From IMG/VR virus record IMGVR_UViG_3300012953_000044, positions 1 through 51,842 of that record: DNA of 51,842 bases, one strand, 5' to 3'. The notes beneath the pieces were generated by a model, which ran no database searches, was not told where the DNA came from, and saw only the letters and a program-made list of their open reading frames with translations. Within the stretch, counting starts at the first letter, position 1. Each line of letters starts with the position of its first letter. A program made the position numbers and the translations under genes. Below, piece after piece: positions 19,013 to 28,926 of the stretch. Source of the DNA: a virus. Taxonomy: Duplodnaviria; Caudoviricetes.

Positions 19013-19966
19013 ATGCCAGCATCAATTAATGAAGTTAGAAATACGGTTTTAGCAATAGCAAATAAAAATAACTACGGATATATTTCTCCGCAAGATTTTA
19101 ACCTATATGCTAAGCAAGCGCAGATGGATATGTTTGAAGATTATTTCTATCAATACAACCATTGGGTTAACAAAGAAAATAATAGAGTTTCAGGAACAGG
19201 GTATGCAGATATAGTTAAAGGGTTGGAAGAAGTTATAGATACTTTTTCTACAGAAGTTTTTTTAGCTCAAAATAATTCTAACACTTTTAATTTACCTAAT
19301 GATTATTATTTAATAAATAAGTTATATTATTATTCTACTCCTTTATTTACAGGAACTTCTACGGGTGTTAATATTAATCAATTGTTAGATTCGGTGGCTA
19401 CAGGATGGACTACTATTCCCGCCTCAGCACCAACACCACCGATTGGTAGTTTAGTAGTAAATACAACAACATTGCAAGAGGCTTATATAACAGGGGTGGT
19501 TAATACTACTACAGTTAATTTAAGTGCAAATATATTTACGGGTGTAGGAGAAAATTATGTTATTTATTCTAACACTAAAATTAGAGAGGTAGAAAGAGTT
19601 AATCAAAGTAAAATATTTTACTTAACAAACTCTATGTTAACCGCACCAAGTAAGATTTATCCAGCGTATGTTTTAAATGGTAATGTTATTACGGTTTATC
19701 CTTCTAATATTTTAAATGCGGGAGATATTAGGTCTCAATATATTAGATATCCATTAGATCCTAACTGGACTTGGCAAACATTAGTTGGAGGAGAACCTAT
19801 GTTTAATCAAACTAATGTAAATTTTCAAGAGTTTGAGTTGCCAGATTCCGACGAACCTACATTGGTAGCTAAAATTTGCCAATATATAGGTATTGAGATT
19901 AGAGAAGAAATGGTATACCAGTTTGGTGGAAATGAAGAGAATTTAGACACTCAAGAAACAAGTTAA
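19013..19966 (+). CDS. Putative head-tail adaptor / tail ring protein
   Basis: ATG 19013 (MPASINEVRNTVLAIANKNNYGYISPQDFN); YIRYP..PNW and FELP motifs resembling podoviral/crAss-like ring proteins; position. Confidence 0.6.
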   Translation: MPASINEVRNTVLAIANKNNYGYISPQDFNLYAKQAQMDMFEDYFYQYNHWVNKENNRVSGTGYADIVKGLEEVIDTFSTEVFLAQNNSNTFNLPNDYYLINKLYYYSTPLFTGTSTGVNINQLLDSVATGWTTIPASAPTPPIGSLVVNTTTLQEAYITGVVNTTTVNLSANIFTGVGENYVIYSNTKIREVERVNQSKIFYLTNSMLTAPSKIYPAYVLNGNVITVYPSNILNAGDIRSQYIRYPLDPNWTWQTLVGGEPMFNQTNVNFQEFELPDSDEPTLVAKICQYIGIEIREEMVYQFGGNEENLDTQETS

Positions 19967-19968
19967 TT

Positions 19969-20901
19969 ATGTCATATATTACTGCTTATCAATATTACGA
20001 AAACAATCAGACTCCTCCTGTAGGGAGTCCTTCAGATGCTAATTGGGGTTCTTATCAATATGTTTCTTTAGAAGATATTGTAAATAACTTTATGTTAATG
20101 TATCAAGGAAATAATGAGATTATAAATAATATAAATCGCTATCAAGTTTTATTTCACGCTAAAAGAGGGATACAAGAGTTGAACTACGATGCGATGAAAG
20201 AAATAAAAATATTAGAGTTAAAAATTTGTGATCAACTACGATTTGTATTACCTCAGGATTATGTAAATTGGGTGAGAATTTCTTTAATGCATAACGGAAT
20301 GTTGTTTCCAATGACAGAAAATATTCAGACTAATTGGAGTGGCGCTTATTTGCAAGATAATGACTGTCGTATTTTATTTGATATAGATGGGAATGTTTTA
20401 AAACCTCATGATTCTTTCTTTGATATAAAAAGATTAGAAGGAACTCAAAAAAATATGTATTTAGGAACTGGTCCTTATAACAATCAAATGGGTTGGAATA
20501 TAGATGGAAACTGGTATTTTGATTATAATATAGGCGGAGAGTTTGGGTTAAATACAGAAACAGCTAATAGCAATCCAACTTTTAGTATAAATAAAAAAGG
20601 TGGAGTTATTAATTTTAATTCAGGTATGGCTGGTAAATTTGCTGTATTAGAATATGTTTCAGATGGATTAGAAAATGGGGATGATTCACTGGTAAGTGTA
20701 AATAAATTATTTGAAGAATTTATATACGCATATATCAAGTTTTCTATTTTGAATGGAAGATTCGGGGTTCAAGAATATGTAGTTAATAGAGCAAGAAAAG
20801 ATAAATCTTCTTTATTGCGTAACGCAAAATTAAGATTAAGCAACATACACCCTGGTCGTCTCTTACAAAACCTAAGAGGCCAGGATAAATGGATAAAGTG
20901 A
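19969..20901 (+). CDS. Putative tail ring/structural protein
   Basis: LPQDYVNWVRIS and LEYVSDG motifs; lies between adaptor and muzzle genes. Confidence 0.6.
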   Translation: MSYITAYQYYENNQTPPVGSPSDANWGSYQYVSLEDIVNNFMLMYQGNNEIINNINRYQVLFHAKRGIQELNYDAMKEIKILELKICDQLRFVLPQDYVNWVRISLMHNGMLFPMTENIQTNWSGAYLQDNDCRILFDIDGNVLKPHDSFFDIKRLEGTQKNMYLGTGPYNNQMGWNIDGNWYFDYNIGGEFGLNTETANSNPTFSINKKGGVINFNSGMAGKFAVLEYVSDGLENGDDSLVSVNKLFEEFIYAYIKFSILNGRFGVQEYVVNRARKDKSSLLRNAKLRLSNIHPGRLLQNLRGQDKWIK

Positions 20902-20902
20902 T

Positions 20903-23900
20903 ATGGCAGATATTAGATCAAATTTTATAGCCGGAAGAATGAACAAAAGCGTTGATGAACGCTTGGTTCCTCAAGGAGAATATGTGGACGCAAATAACGT
21001 GCGATTAGGTTCTACAGAAACCACTGAGATTGGAGCGGTAGAAAATTCTAAAGGAAATACTCAATTAACTTTTTTAGCATACAAAGGTAATCCTTTGTCA
21101 GAGCCTGCTATTGCTACTGACCCACAAACTACTTTTGCTATAGGATCATTTGAAGATGGAATGGAAGAAACTATATATTGGTTTATTCATGATTCTAATG
21201 CAGGAGCAGCATCTCCTACAGGGAAGATAGATATGATTGTGTCTTTCAATACAAATACTAATACGGTTACTTACCATGTTATTTCTTTGTGGGATGGAGT
21301 GGCAGGTTCAGGAAAAACTACTTTAAATTTTAACCCTAAAAATTTAGTTACAGGAATTAATAAAATAGAAGATTTATTATATTTTACTGATGACTTAAAC
21401 CCTCCGCGATATATAAATGTAACCAGAAATTATGATGACCCATCTGCAGGAGGGCTTGATGGGATAGAAGAAGAAGATGTTAATGTGATTGTAAAACCCC
21501 CTGGGTTTGAAGATTCTGTGGGTGGCTCTAATCCATTACCAGTTCCCGTGGTAGTTTTAGAAAATTTTCCTGGAGATGAAAATTATATGGAAACACGGTT
21601 TCTTTGTTTTGCATATAGATATAGATATACTGATGGGGGTTATAGTGCCACTTCTTTATTTAGTCAACCAGCTTTTCAGCCAGGAGCCTTTAGGTTTAAT
21701 TTAGATAATTATACCAATGCAGGAATGGTAAACCGTTATAATGGGGCTACTGTTCAATTTTCTACAGGCTCTTCTCGTGTAGTTCAAGTAGATTTATTAT
21801 ATAAAGAAAGTACTTCTAACGTTATTTATGTAATAGAGAGATATAATAAAAAAGACTTAGGGTGGTCTGATGATTCTTTACAGAGTTTAACCTTTAGTAA
21901 TAGTAAAATATTTACAACATTAGGATCTGATGAGTTATTAAGGCAGTATGATAACGTACCTCGTATTGCTAAAGCTCAAACTATTCAAGGCAATAGATTG
22001 ATTTATGGAAATTATATAGACGGTTATGATATTGAAAATGCAAATGGTCAAAAAATTCCTATTTCCTTCCGTACTGACCATATTATACAAGAAATAGGAG
22101 GGGTAGGATTACCTACACCTGTTGCTACTAATGGTGATATTTATTCAATTGGTCAGCCAAATGGAGGGGGTATTAATAATTCTCTGATTACTTTTGATTT
22201 ATCAAGTTTAGACCTTCCTATTCCAGCAGGGCTAACCCTTACTTTTGAAGTTTCTGTACAATCAGCGCCATCGGGAGGTACAGCCATAAACCCTCAAGGT
22301 GTGGGGCCAGATATTGATCTTAATTTTCAAAACACATCTCCTTTTGCTTTAACTTGGCAGTTTATATGTCCCACATCTTACGCATCGGTAAATAACCTTT
22401 TAACCTCTACTGAGTTTCAACAAGCTATTGGTACCGATCTTACAAATAACTTTCAACCTTTATTACCTACAAACCTTTCTAATCAAGGGGGGACATTAAC
22501 TGATAAATTTAATAATGCTATTCAAGCTCCTCCCCTCACACCGTTAGAAATTATAAATACCTCTATCACAGGTGGTGGTTGTCCTACCCTGGGCAATCCT
22601 TCTACTGCTATTTGTAATCAGCAAGGTTTTGGTTATACGGTTGCCGGTAGTACTTTTTCTATTCAAGTTCCTGCTGCCCACTATTGTTATCAAGATATTG
22701 ATCCAACTACTGGGGCTATTATTAGTACATCTTCACAATTTGAGTTCTTTAATTTTGTAGATTTCAGTAGTACAGTCGGATATCTTTTAACAGCTGACAC
22801 TTATAGTTTGCATAGTAATAGAGATTACGAAACAGGTATTGTATATATGGATGATTATGGCAGAGCATCTACAGTTTTAGTATCTACCGATAACACAATA
22901 TATATTCCACCAATTGATTCGGTAGCTAAAAATACTATTGAAGTAACATTAAGTAATCTTCCACCTTATTGGGCTTCTAAATACAAGTTCGTAGTAAAAC
23001 CAAGTCAAGGTGAATATTTTACTATATATTCATCTTCTTATAGTGAAGATGCGAAAGACCCTTCAGTGTTTTGGTTTAGACTTGATGGTAACAATACTAA
23101 TTTAGTAAGTATTGGTCAGACTTTAATTGTGAAAAGTGATACTAATGGGCCGACGAGTAGTGTAGTAGAGTGTGTGGTATTAGATATTGTAGGTATGTCT
23201 ACTGACGATGATGCGTTAGCAGACGCCAATACGGCTGGTACTTATATGTGTATAAAACCAGGTGGATTTTCTACAGAAACGGCAGCTTCTAATGTGATTG
23301 ATCATGGGGGTAAAGATAATAGTTCAAGTAGTACGAGTTGTAATTTATCTCACAGTTATAGTTTAAATGAATCAAGTTCTACAGGCCCTGGTCAGACTCC
23401 TTATGATTTACCAGCAGGATCAAGTATTAGGGTAAAGATTGATAACTGGAGGGGAAGCAAAGGAAGCAATTGCACCTCAAAGCATTATCGTTTTGATGAT
23501 GATTTTACAGCAAGTCAAGATTATCCTAATTTTTATTTATGGTGGTTTGGAGATAATGCAGATTTTACTACAGGTAGTAGTAACGGAGTAGACTGTTTTC
23601 AATACTTAGACAGTGGGTTAGGCCCTTTTAGTTCTGCGAATGCCAAGACTTCAGCCTGCTTTCAAACCAAAATATATTGCTATACTGATGGTACATCTTT
23701 AAATTTTAGAAATAGATGTGGGATCCCAAGATGTAGTTCTTTTTGGGGAGATCAAAGACCAGGGCATGTAGGGACAAGAATTGAAGTTGTAAAAGGAGGT
23801 GGGATGATAGTATGGGAAACTGTACCAGGGGAGGCAGATCCAAATTTATTTTATGATGCATCTCAGATGTATGATATATATACGGATGGAGGAATAAGAT

Positions 23901-25756
23901 ATCATAAGTCAGGTGGCCATCCTAATGACGTAGATCAAAATGCGAGTTTAGATTTAAAAGCTACTTTAAATTTTGCTGACTGTTTTACTTTTGGAAATGG
24001 AGTAGAAAGTTTTAGAATAAAAGATATGGCTGGAACTAAAACCTTCCAATTAGGAGAAAGAGTTTTAGCGGTATCAAATCAGGAATTCAAAGAAGCAAAT
24101 CGATTTGCAGGATTAACATATAGTGGAGTATATAGTGGTGCCGCTAACTCTAATAACCTTAATGAATTTAATTTAGGGTTAGTAAATTACAAAGATTGTG
24201 AGACTTCTTTTGGGCCTATTCAATTGCTTCATTCACGTGAAACAGATATTTTAGTTTTACAAGAAGATAGAATATCCTATGTATTAGCGGGTAAAAACGT
24301 AATTACTGATTCAACAGGGGGAGGAGCAATAGCTTCTGTACCTGAAGTTTTAGGAACTCAGATAGCTCGTATTGAAGAGTATGGGATAAGTTTTAATCCT
24401 GAGAGTTTTGCAGCATGGGGAGCAGATATGTTTTGGACTGATGCTAAAAGAGGGTCAGTAATAAATATGAGGGGAACATCTCGTAATACAGACCAAATTC
24501 AAATAGTATCGCAGTATGGAATGCGATCATGGTTTAGAGATCAATTTGCCGCTCAATTACAAACACAAAAAATTGGAGGATTTGACCCATATATGAATGA
24601 GTATGTATTATCTTCTAACGATACATCTATTCCAGTTCCTACAGTAGGAACTCCATGTGGAACTACTTTAACTCAAACTAATGCTACTAATAACTTGTCT
24701 TACATTGTAAATGTAGGAGAGACGGTAGGTAATATAGATATTCCGTATGTAGTAGTAGACGGAAGTATTACAGTAACAGCAACATGGAATGGTGTTCCTG
24801 TAACGGTAGGACCTACTAATACTAACGGTACTCTTTCTGTTAATAAAACAGCGAATACACCAAATGAAATAGAAATATTAGTAGAACCAACAGCATCATT
24901 TGGTCAAAGTGCATCTTATGAAATAACAGTAGACTGCCCACCACAACAAACTTTAACTATTATACGTATTGTATTAACATCGCAAAGTAGCGATGGTCAA
25001 TTTATACACTTTGGATATAATTGGACCGATGGATCTACTATAAGCCCAACACAAAGTGATTTAGCTTCTATGGGGTTACTTACACCAACTGAATATATAT
25101 CTCAAACAGGAGTTCGGTCGGTAGGGATGTTCCCTTATGCAGGGGCTGATGTAACTATGAACACTACTAAGATAGGTTTTGATGACTTTGATTTTGATTC
25201 ATCTTCTGATAAATTCTTATGGCTATCTTCTAATACTTTATACGGACCTAATACAACAGATATAAATGCATTATTAAACAATTCATCATTAGCTAATGTA
25301 ACTCCTATTGTAAATCCTTCTACTGGAACTTATAAAGGAACCTTTACTACTACTGCCGCTAATTTGCCATTAACCAATCAATATTTATATATGGTTTGGG
25401 ATTTAAGAGAGGCAACAGGAAGTCTATTATGTTTCTCTGGATTTAATGAATCCGATGCATGTTGTGGGTGTAATCCAATCTGTAGCTATGCTTGGTTTAG
25501 TCCATCGAGAACTACTCAAACTCAAGCGTGTTTAGTAGATACTAATAGTCCAGGAGCTTTTCAAGGTTCGTGGCATGGGACAGGGCAAGTCCCGTTAATA
25601 GGAGAGGTTTGCTATACAGATCAGAACTGTAATGTATCATCAGTAGTATCTCCAGGATTCTATATTGTATCCCAATCCCAACCAGCTTCTCCACTTCCGA
25701 AAAGATGGATAGAAATAGGATCATATGGATCTGTAATAGCTTCAGGAACATGTTAA
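20903..25756 (+). CDS. Tail muzzle/stabilisation (nozzle-like) protein, N-terminal part with Cys-rich extension
   Basis: FIAGRMNKSVDERLVPQGEYVDANN start, GNRLIYGNY, GIVYMDDYGR, EYGISFNPESFA, GMRSWFRD motifs. Confidence 0.7.
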   Translation: MADIRSNFIAGRMNKSVDERLVPQGEYVDANNVRLGSTETTEIGAVENSKGNTQLTFLAYKGNPLSEPAIATDPQTTFAIGSFEDGMEETIYWFIHDSNAGAASPTGKIDMIVSFNTNTNTVTYHVISLWDGVAGSGKTTLNFNPKNLVTGINKIEDLLYFTDDLNPPRYINVTRNYDDPSAGGLDGIEEEDVNVIVKPPGFEDSVGGSNPLPVPVVVLENFPGDENYMETRFLCFAYRYRYTDGGYSATSLFSQPAFQPGAFRFNLDNYTNAGMVNRYNGATVQFSTGSSRVVQVDLLYKESTSNVIYVIERYNKKDLGWSDDSLQSLTFSNSKIFTTLGSDELLRQYDNVPRIAKAQTIQGNRLIYGNYIDGYDIENANGQKIPISFRTDHIIQEIGGVGLPTPVATNGDIYSIGQPNGGGINNSLITFDLSSLDLPIPAGLTLTFEVSVQSAPSGGTAINPQGVGPDIDLNFQNTSPFALTWQFICPTSYASVNNLLTSTEFQQAIGTDLTNNFQPLLPTNLSNQGGTLTDKFNNAIQAPPLTPLEIINTSITGGGCPTLGNPSTAICNQQGFGYTVAGSTFSIQVPAAHYCYQDIDPTTGAIISTSSQFEFFNFVDFSSTVGYLLTADTYSLHSNRDYETGIVYMDDYGRASTVLVSTDNTIYIPPIDSVAKNTIEVTLSNLPPYWASKYKFVVKPSQGEYFTIYSSSYSEDAKDPSVFWFRLDGNNTNLVSIGQTLIVKSDTNGPTSSVVECVVLDIVGMSTDDDALADANTAGTYMCIKPGGFSTETAASNVIDHGGKDNSSSSTSCNLSHSYSLNESSSTGPGQTPYDLPAGSSIRVKIDNWRGSKGSNCTSKHYRFDDDFTASQDYPNFYLWWFGDNADFTTGSSNGVDCFQYLDSGLGPFSSANAKTSACFQTKIYCYTDGTSLNFRNRCGIPRCSSFWGDQRPGHVGTRIEVVKGGGMIVWETVPGEADPNLFYDASQMYDIYTDGGIRYHKSGGHPNDVDQNASLDLKATLNFADCFTFGNGVESFRIKDMAGTKTFQLGERVLAVSNQEFKEANRFAGLTYSGVYSGAANSNNLNEFNLGLVNYKDCETSFGPIQLLHSRETDILVLQEDRISYVLAGKNVITDSTGGGAIASVPEVLGTQIARIEEYGISFNPESFAAWGADMFWTDAKRGSVINMRGTSRNTDQIQIVSQYGMRSWFRDQFAAQLQTQKIGGFDPYMNEYVLSSNDTSIPVPTVGTPCGTTLTQTNATNNLSYIVNVGETVGNIDIPYVVVDGSITVTATWNGVPVTVGPTNTNGTLSVNKTANTPNEIEILVEPTASFGQSASYEITVDCPPQQTLTIIRIVLTSQSSDGQFIHFGYNWTDGSTISPTQSDLASMGLLTPTEYISQTGVRSVGMFPYAGADVTMNTTKIGFDDFDFDSSSDKFLWLSSNTLYGPNTTDINALLNNSSLANVTPIVNPSTGTYKGTFTTTAANLPLTNQYLYMVWDLREATGSLLCFSGFNESDACCGCNPICSYAWFSPSRTTQTQACLVDTNSPGAFQGSWHGTGQVPLIGEVCYTDQNCNVSSVVSPGFYIVSQSQPASPLPKRWIEIGSYGSVIASGTC

Positions 25757-25769
25757 AAAATTAAATTAT

Positions 25770-26735
25770 ATGGCATTATTAGGACAATATTATTATGACG
25801 GAACGAGCTTTGGTTTAGCGACTCACTTGTACACTGATGCCTCGTTAACTACTGCGGCTCCAAACGGATGGTATTCTCAAGGAGGTATAGTAAGGCAAGT
25901 AGTCTCAGGAGGAGTGTTATTAGCTACCCAAACCTGTACGTCCTGTATTTACGCATGTGACTCTCAGGCTATAGACGCTACTCTATTTGGTCACTACACT
26001 CTCACAGTGGATGTGGGAACTTCAACTGGACCAGTATTGGCAGAGTTTTTTGTAGAAAGCCCTATGATGGCGGCTAAATGTACCTGGGAATATAATGGTG
26101 TTACAGCAAGTGAATACTCCTCACCAAACAAAGGATATTGTGAAGGTTTATTAGGGGATGAAAATATTGGAGGAATAGATAACTTAACAGGTTCAGGAAC
26201 AACTAATTATACTGGGACAAACTATGTGAATAGCGGAAATACTTTTGCTCCAGGAGGAGGTGTGATTACGTGGGGACCTTATGCTAATCAGGCGGCGGGC
26301 GGCGTAACTTTATATCCGGGGGGAAATTTCGGAACCAGTATTATGGTAATCCCTAAAAACACGATAGCAGTCACAACCATAACTTTTAAAATTGATATGC
26401 CAACCCCTCCTTATTCAAATGGTTGGAGTTTGAAAGTTAACTGTCCGGCTAATGCTTTAAGCCCAGTGCCATTAGCTAACTATTCTAATGTAGACTGTCC
26501 GACTGCATGTGCTTCTACACTACCTACCCCTTTAAGTTATTATATTGCGTCAGTTAACAGTATACCAAATCCTTTAGGAAATATAATTCCGGCGCTGTAT
26601 GATTGGCTTTATGTAGATTACATAGGATCTTCTGCTGCTGCAGACGGATATTATACATGGGTAGATTCAGCAACTTCAACTGTAAAATGCTTAAAAGTAA
26701 ATGATGGGGTAATAAATTCTATAACTAATTGTTAA
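25770..26735 (+). CDS. Cys-rich putative tail appendage protein
   Basis: Beta/Gly-rich; shares modules with the C-terminal extension of the upstream gene; ends in Cys. Confidence 0.6.
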   Translation: MALLGQYYYDGTSFGLATHLYTDASLTTAAPNGWYSQGGIVRQVVSGGVLLATQTCTSCIYACDSQAIDATLFGHYTLTVDVGTSTGPVLAEFFVESPMMAAKCTWEYNGVTASEYSSPNKGYCEGLLGDENIGGIDNLTGSGTTNYTGTNYVNSGNTFAPGGGVITWGPYANQAAGGVTLYPGGNFGTSIMVIPKNTIAVTTITFKIDMPTPPYSNGWSLKVNCPANALSPVPLANYSNVDCPTACASTLPTPLSYYIASVNSIPNPLGNIIPALYDWLYVDYIGSSAAADGYYTWVDSATSTVKCLKVNDGVINSITNC

Positions 26736-26746
26736 TATAAATACTT

Positions 26747-27526
26747 ATGTCTACTTACAAACCTAAAACATTATCATATAGCGAAGAAGCCAAAGGGTGG
26801 CCTTCTTTCTATTCTTATCTACCAGAACAAATGATAGGTATGAATAGTTATTTTTATAGCTTTAAAGGGGGAAACTTATTTAGACACAATACTAATGAAA
26901 CTCGAAATAACTATTATAACATACAGTATAATTCAGAGATTACAGGAGTATTTAATACTGAACCTCAAACTATTAAGCTCTTTAAGACTATGTCTTATGA
27001 GAGTGATGAGGCGTGGGCATGTACATCTTTATTAACAGAGTTAGGGACAGGCTCTATGTTGTCTACTTATTTCCAACAAAAAGAAAGAGAATGGTTTACA
27101 TTCTTGAGAGAAAATGAACCTACTATTAATTTTAGAGCGAGATCTGCTAATGGTATAGGAAATTGTGATACAGTAACTGGTATTGTAACCGCTAACGTAC
27201 TTACATTTAATGTAGATGTAGGAAGTATAATAACTGCAGGAGATTTTTTATGTCAAGCGCCAGCTGGTGTTCCTATTTATAGGGGTCAAGTAACAGATGT
27301 TGATAGAGTAAATAACACGGTTACTATCAATACTACTATTACTGATACTCAAGGAACTGCCGGATCTCCAGCGCTACCAACCACCTATACTTTGTTTTAT
27401 AAAAACGCACAAGCAGAATCACATGGGGCACGTGGATATTTTATGCAATTTACATTAGAAAACACATCAACTAATCCTGTTGAATTATTTTCTGTAGGTA
27501 GTAGCGTGATGAAAAGTTATCCATAG
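26747..27526 (+). CDS. Probable C-terminal portion of the muzzle/stabilisation protein encoded separately
   Basis: TLSYSEEAKGWPSFYSYLPE...SFKGGNLFRHN and RGYFM...VELFSV motifs typical of the end of such proteins. Confidence 0.6.
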   Translation: MSTYKPKTLSYSEEAKGWPSFYSYLPEQMIGMNSYFYSFKGGNLFRHNTNETRNNYYNIQYNSEITGVFNTEPQTIKLFKTMSYESDEAWACTSLLTELGTGSMLSTYFQQKEREWFTFLRENEPTINFRARSANGIGNCDTVTGIVTANVLTFNVDVGSIITAGDFLCQAPAGVPIYRGQVTDVDRVNNTVTINTTITDTQGTAGSPALPTTYTLFYKNAQAESHGARGYFMQFTLENTSTNPVELFSVGSSVMKSYP

Positions 27527-27534
27527 ATTTTTAC

Positions 27535-27542
27535 TATCTTTG
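27535..27542 (+). promoter_or_regulatory. Bacteroidota-type -7 promoter box TATCTTTG
   Basis: TAnnTTTG only 5 nt before ATG 27548 (would give a near-leaderless mRNA). Confidence 0.55.
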
Positions 27543-27547
27543 CATAA

Positions 27548-27958
27548 ATGAAATTAAATATAATACCACTGAGAGATAAAGACTATGAAGATATTCTCTG
27601 TGGATGGTGGAAAGATTGGAGATGGACACCTCCATCAAAAGACTTTTTACCTGAAGACGGGAAGGGAGGTTTTATAGTATATGATGGAGAGCATCCTATA
27701 TGTGCAGGGTTTATGTATGTAACTAACTCTAAAGCAGCATGGTGCGATTGGATTATATCTAATAGGCATTATAGAGATAAACAAAACAGAAGAGATGCTT
27801 TAGAATTATTAGTTAAAACTATTAGTGATGAGGCAGAAAAAAAGGGAATAAAATATATTTACGCATTAATAAAAAACAAACCATTGATTGACGTGTATAA
27901 GAAAAACAATTTTGTAGAAGGAAGCACATACACTCATGAGATGATAAAAACAATATAA
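27548..27958 (+). CDS. GNAT-like acetyltransferase-fold protein
   Basis: 136 aa; ICAGFMY strand, WIISNRHYR, AEKKGIKYIY...YKKNNF pattern like GNAT motifs A/B; position before ejection genes. Confidence 0.55.
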   Translation: MKLNIIPLRDKDYEDILCGWWKDWRWTPPSKDFLPEDGKGGFIVYDGEHPICAGFMYVTNSKAAWCDWIISNRHYRDKQNRRDALELLVKTISDEAEKKGIKYIYALIKNKPLIDVYKKNNFVEGSTYTHEMIKTI

Positions 27959-27959
27959 T

Positions 27960-28925
27960 ATGGCAGTAGCAACAGCAGCAGTAATAGGTATAGCCGCAAC
28001 AGGAGCCTCTACTTACATGAGTTTTTCCGCGGCAGCAAAAGAAAAAGAGGCTAAAGAAAAAGCAGACGCCGAAGCAAAGAAAGCATTAGCAGACGCAAGA
28101 GGAAGAGCGGAGAAAGATTTTTATGGAGGATTAGCTGTACCATTAGATGCTTATGAAGCGGAGTTTGAAAACAATTTAGCTGTCGCGCAGCAAAGCACAG
28201 AGGCTTTACAAGAGGGTGATGCCAGATCTTTAGCCGCAGGTGTAGGTAGAATAGGAGCGCAAGCTTCTGATACTTCGGAAAAGGCTCGTATAGGTATGGG
28301 TCAAGAAATATCAGACTTAAACGCAATGAAAGCTCAGTCTAAAGACGCTGTTAATCAACAGCTTATGCAGATGGATGTAGCGGCAGCACGAGATGCGGCG
28401 CAACGATCAAGAGAATCTGAAGCGGCTCGATCTGCACATATATCACAAGGGGTACAAGGTATAGGAGCTACTGTTAGTGCAATAGGATCGGCTGCTCCGT
28501 TGTTTGGTAAAAAGGCTCCTGCACCAACAACTCCAGGTGGAGGAGGTCCAAGTTTTAGTCAACAAGCATCACAAAGTCAATTGACAACTGGGGCAGGTGG
28601 ATTAATGGGAGGAAATCAAAGTGCTTTTGGATCCGGTGGAGGCCCAAGTTTAGGGGTTAACAATCCTTTTGAAGGGCTTGGAGGCTTTACTCCAAGTGCA
28701 TTATCTCCTAATTATTTCGGATCAGATAGAAGATTAAAAGAAAATATTAAGTTAATTGGACAGTCTCCAAGCGGTTTAAATATATATAGTTTTAAATATA
28801 AAAATGAAGAAGGTATTTATCAGGGTGTTATGTCAGATGAAATAGATCCAAATGCGGTAATTAGAGCAGGTGAATACGATATGGTAAACTATTCTATGAT
28901 TGACGTAGAATTTAAAAAATTATAA
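27960..28925 (+). CDS. Putative ejection/pilot protein with C-terminal peptidase S74 (intramolecular chaperone) domain
   Basis: Ala/Gly-rich amphipathic N-terminus; SDRRLKENI...IYSFKY...QGVMSDEI...VNYS from 28722. Confidence 0.7.
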   Translation: MAVATAAVIGIAATGASTYMSFSAAAKEKEAKEKADAEAKKALADARGRAEKDFYGGLAVPLDAYEAEFENNLAVAQQSTEALQEGDARSLAAGVGRIGAQASDTSEKARIGMGQEISDLNAMKAQSKDAVNQQLMQMDVAAARDAAQRSRESEAARSAHISQGVQGIGATVSAIGSAAPLFGKKAPAPTTPGGGGPSFSQQASQSQLTTGAGGLMGGNQSAFGSGGGPSLGVNNPFEGLGGFTPSALSPNYFGSDRRLKENIKLIGQSPSGLNIYSFKYKNEEGIYQGVMSDEIDPNAVIRAGEYDMVNYSMIDVEFKKL

Positions 28926-28926
28926 T

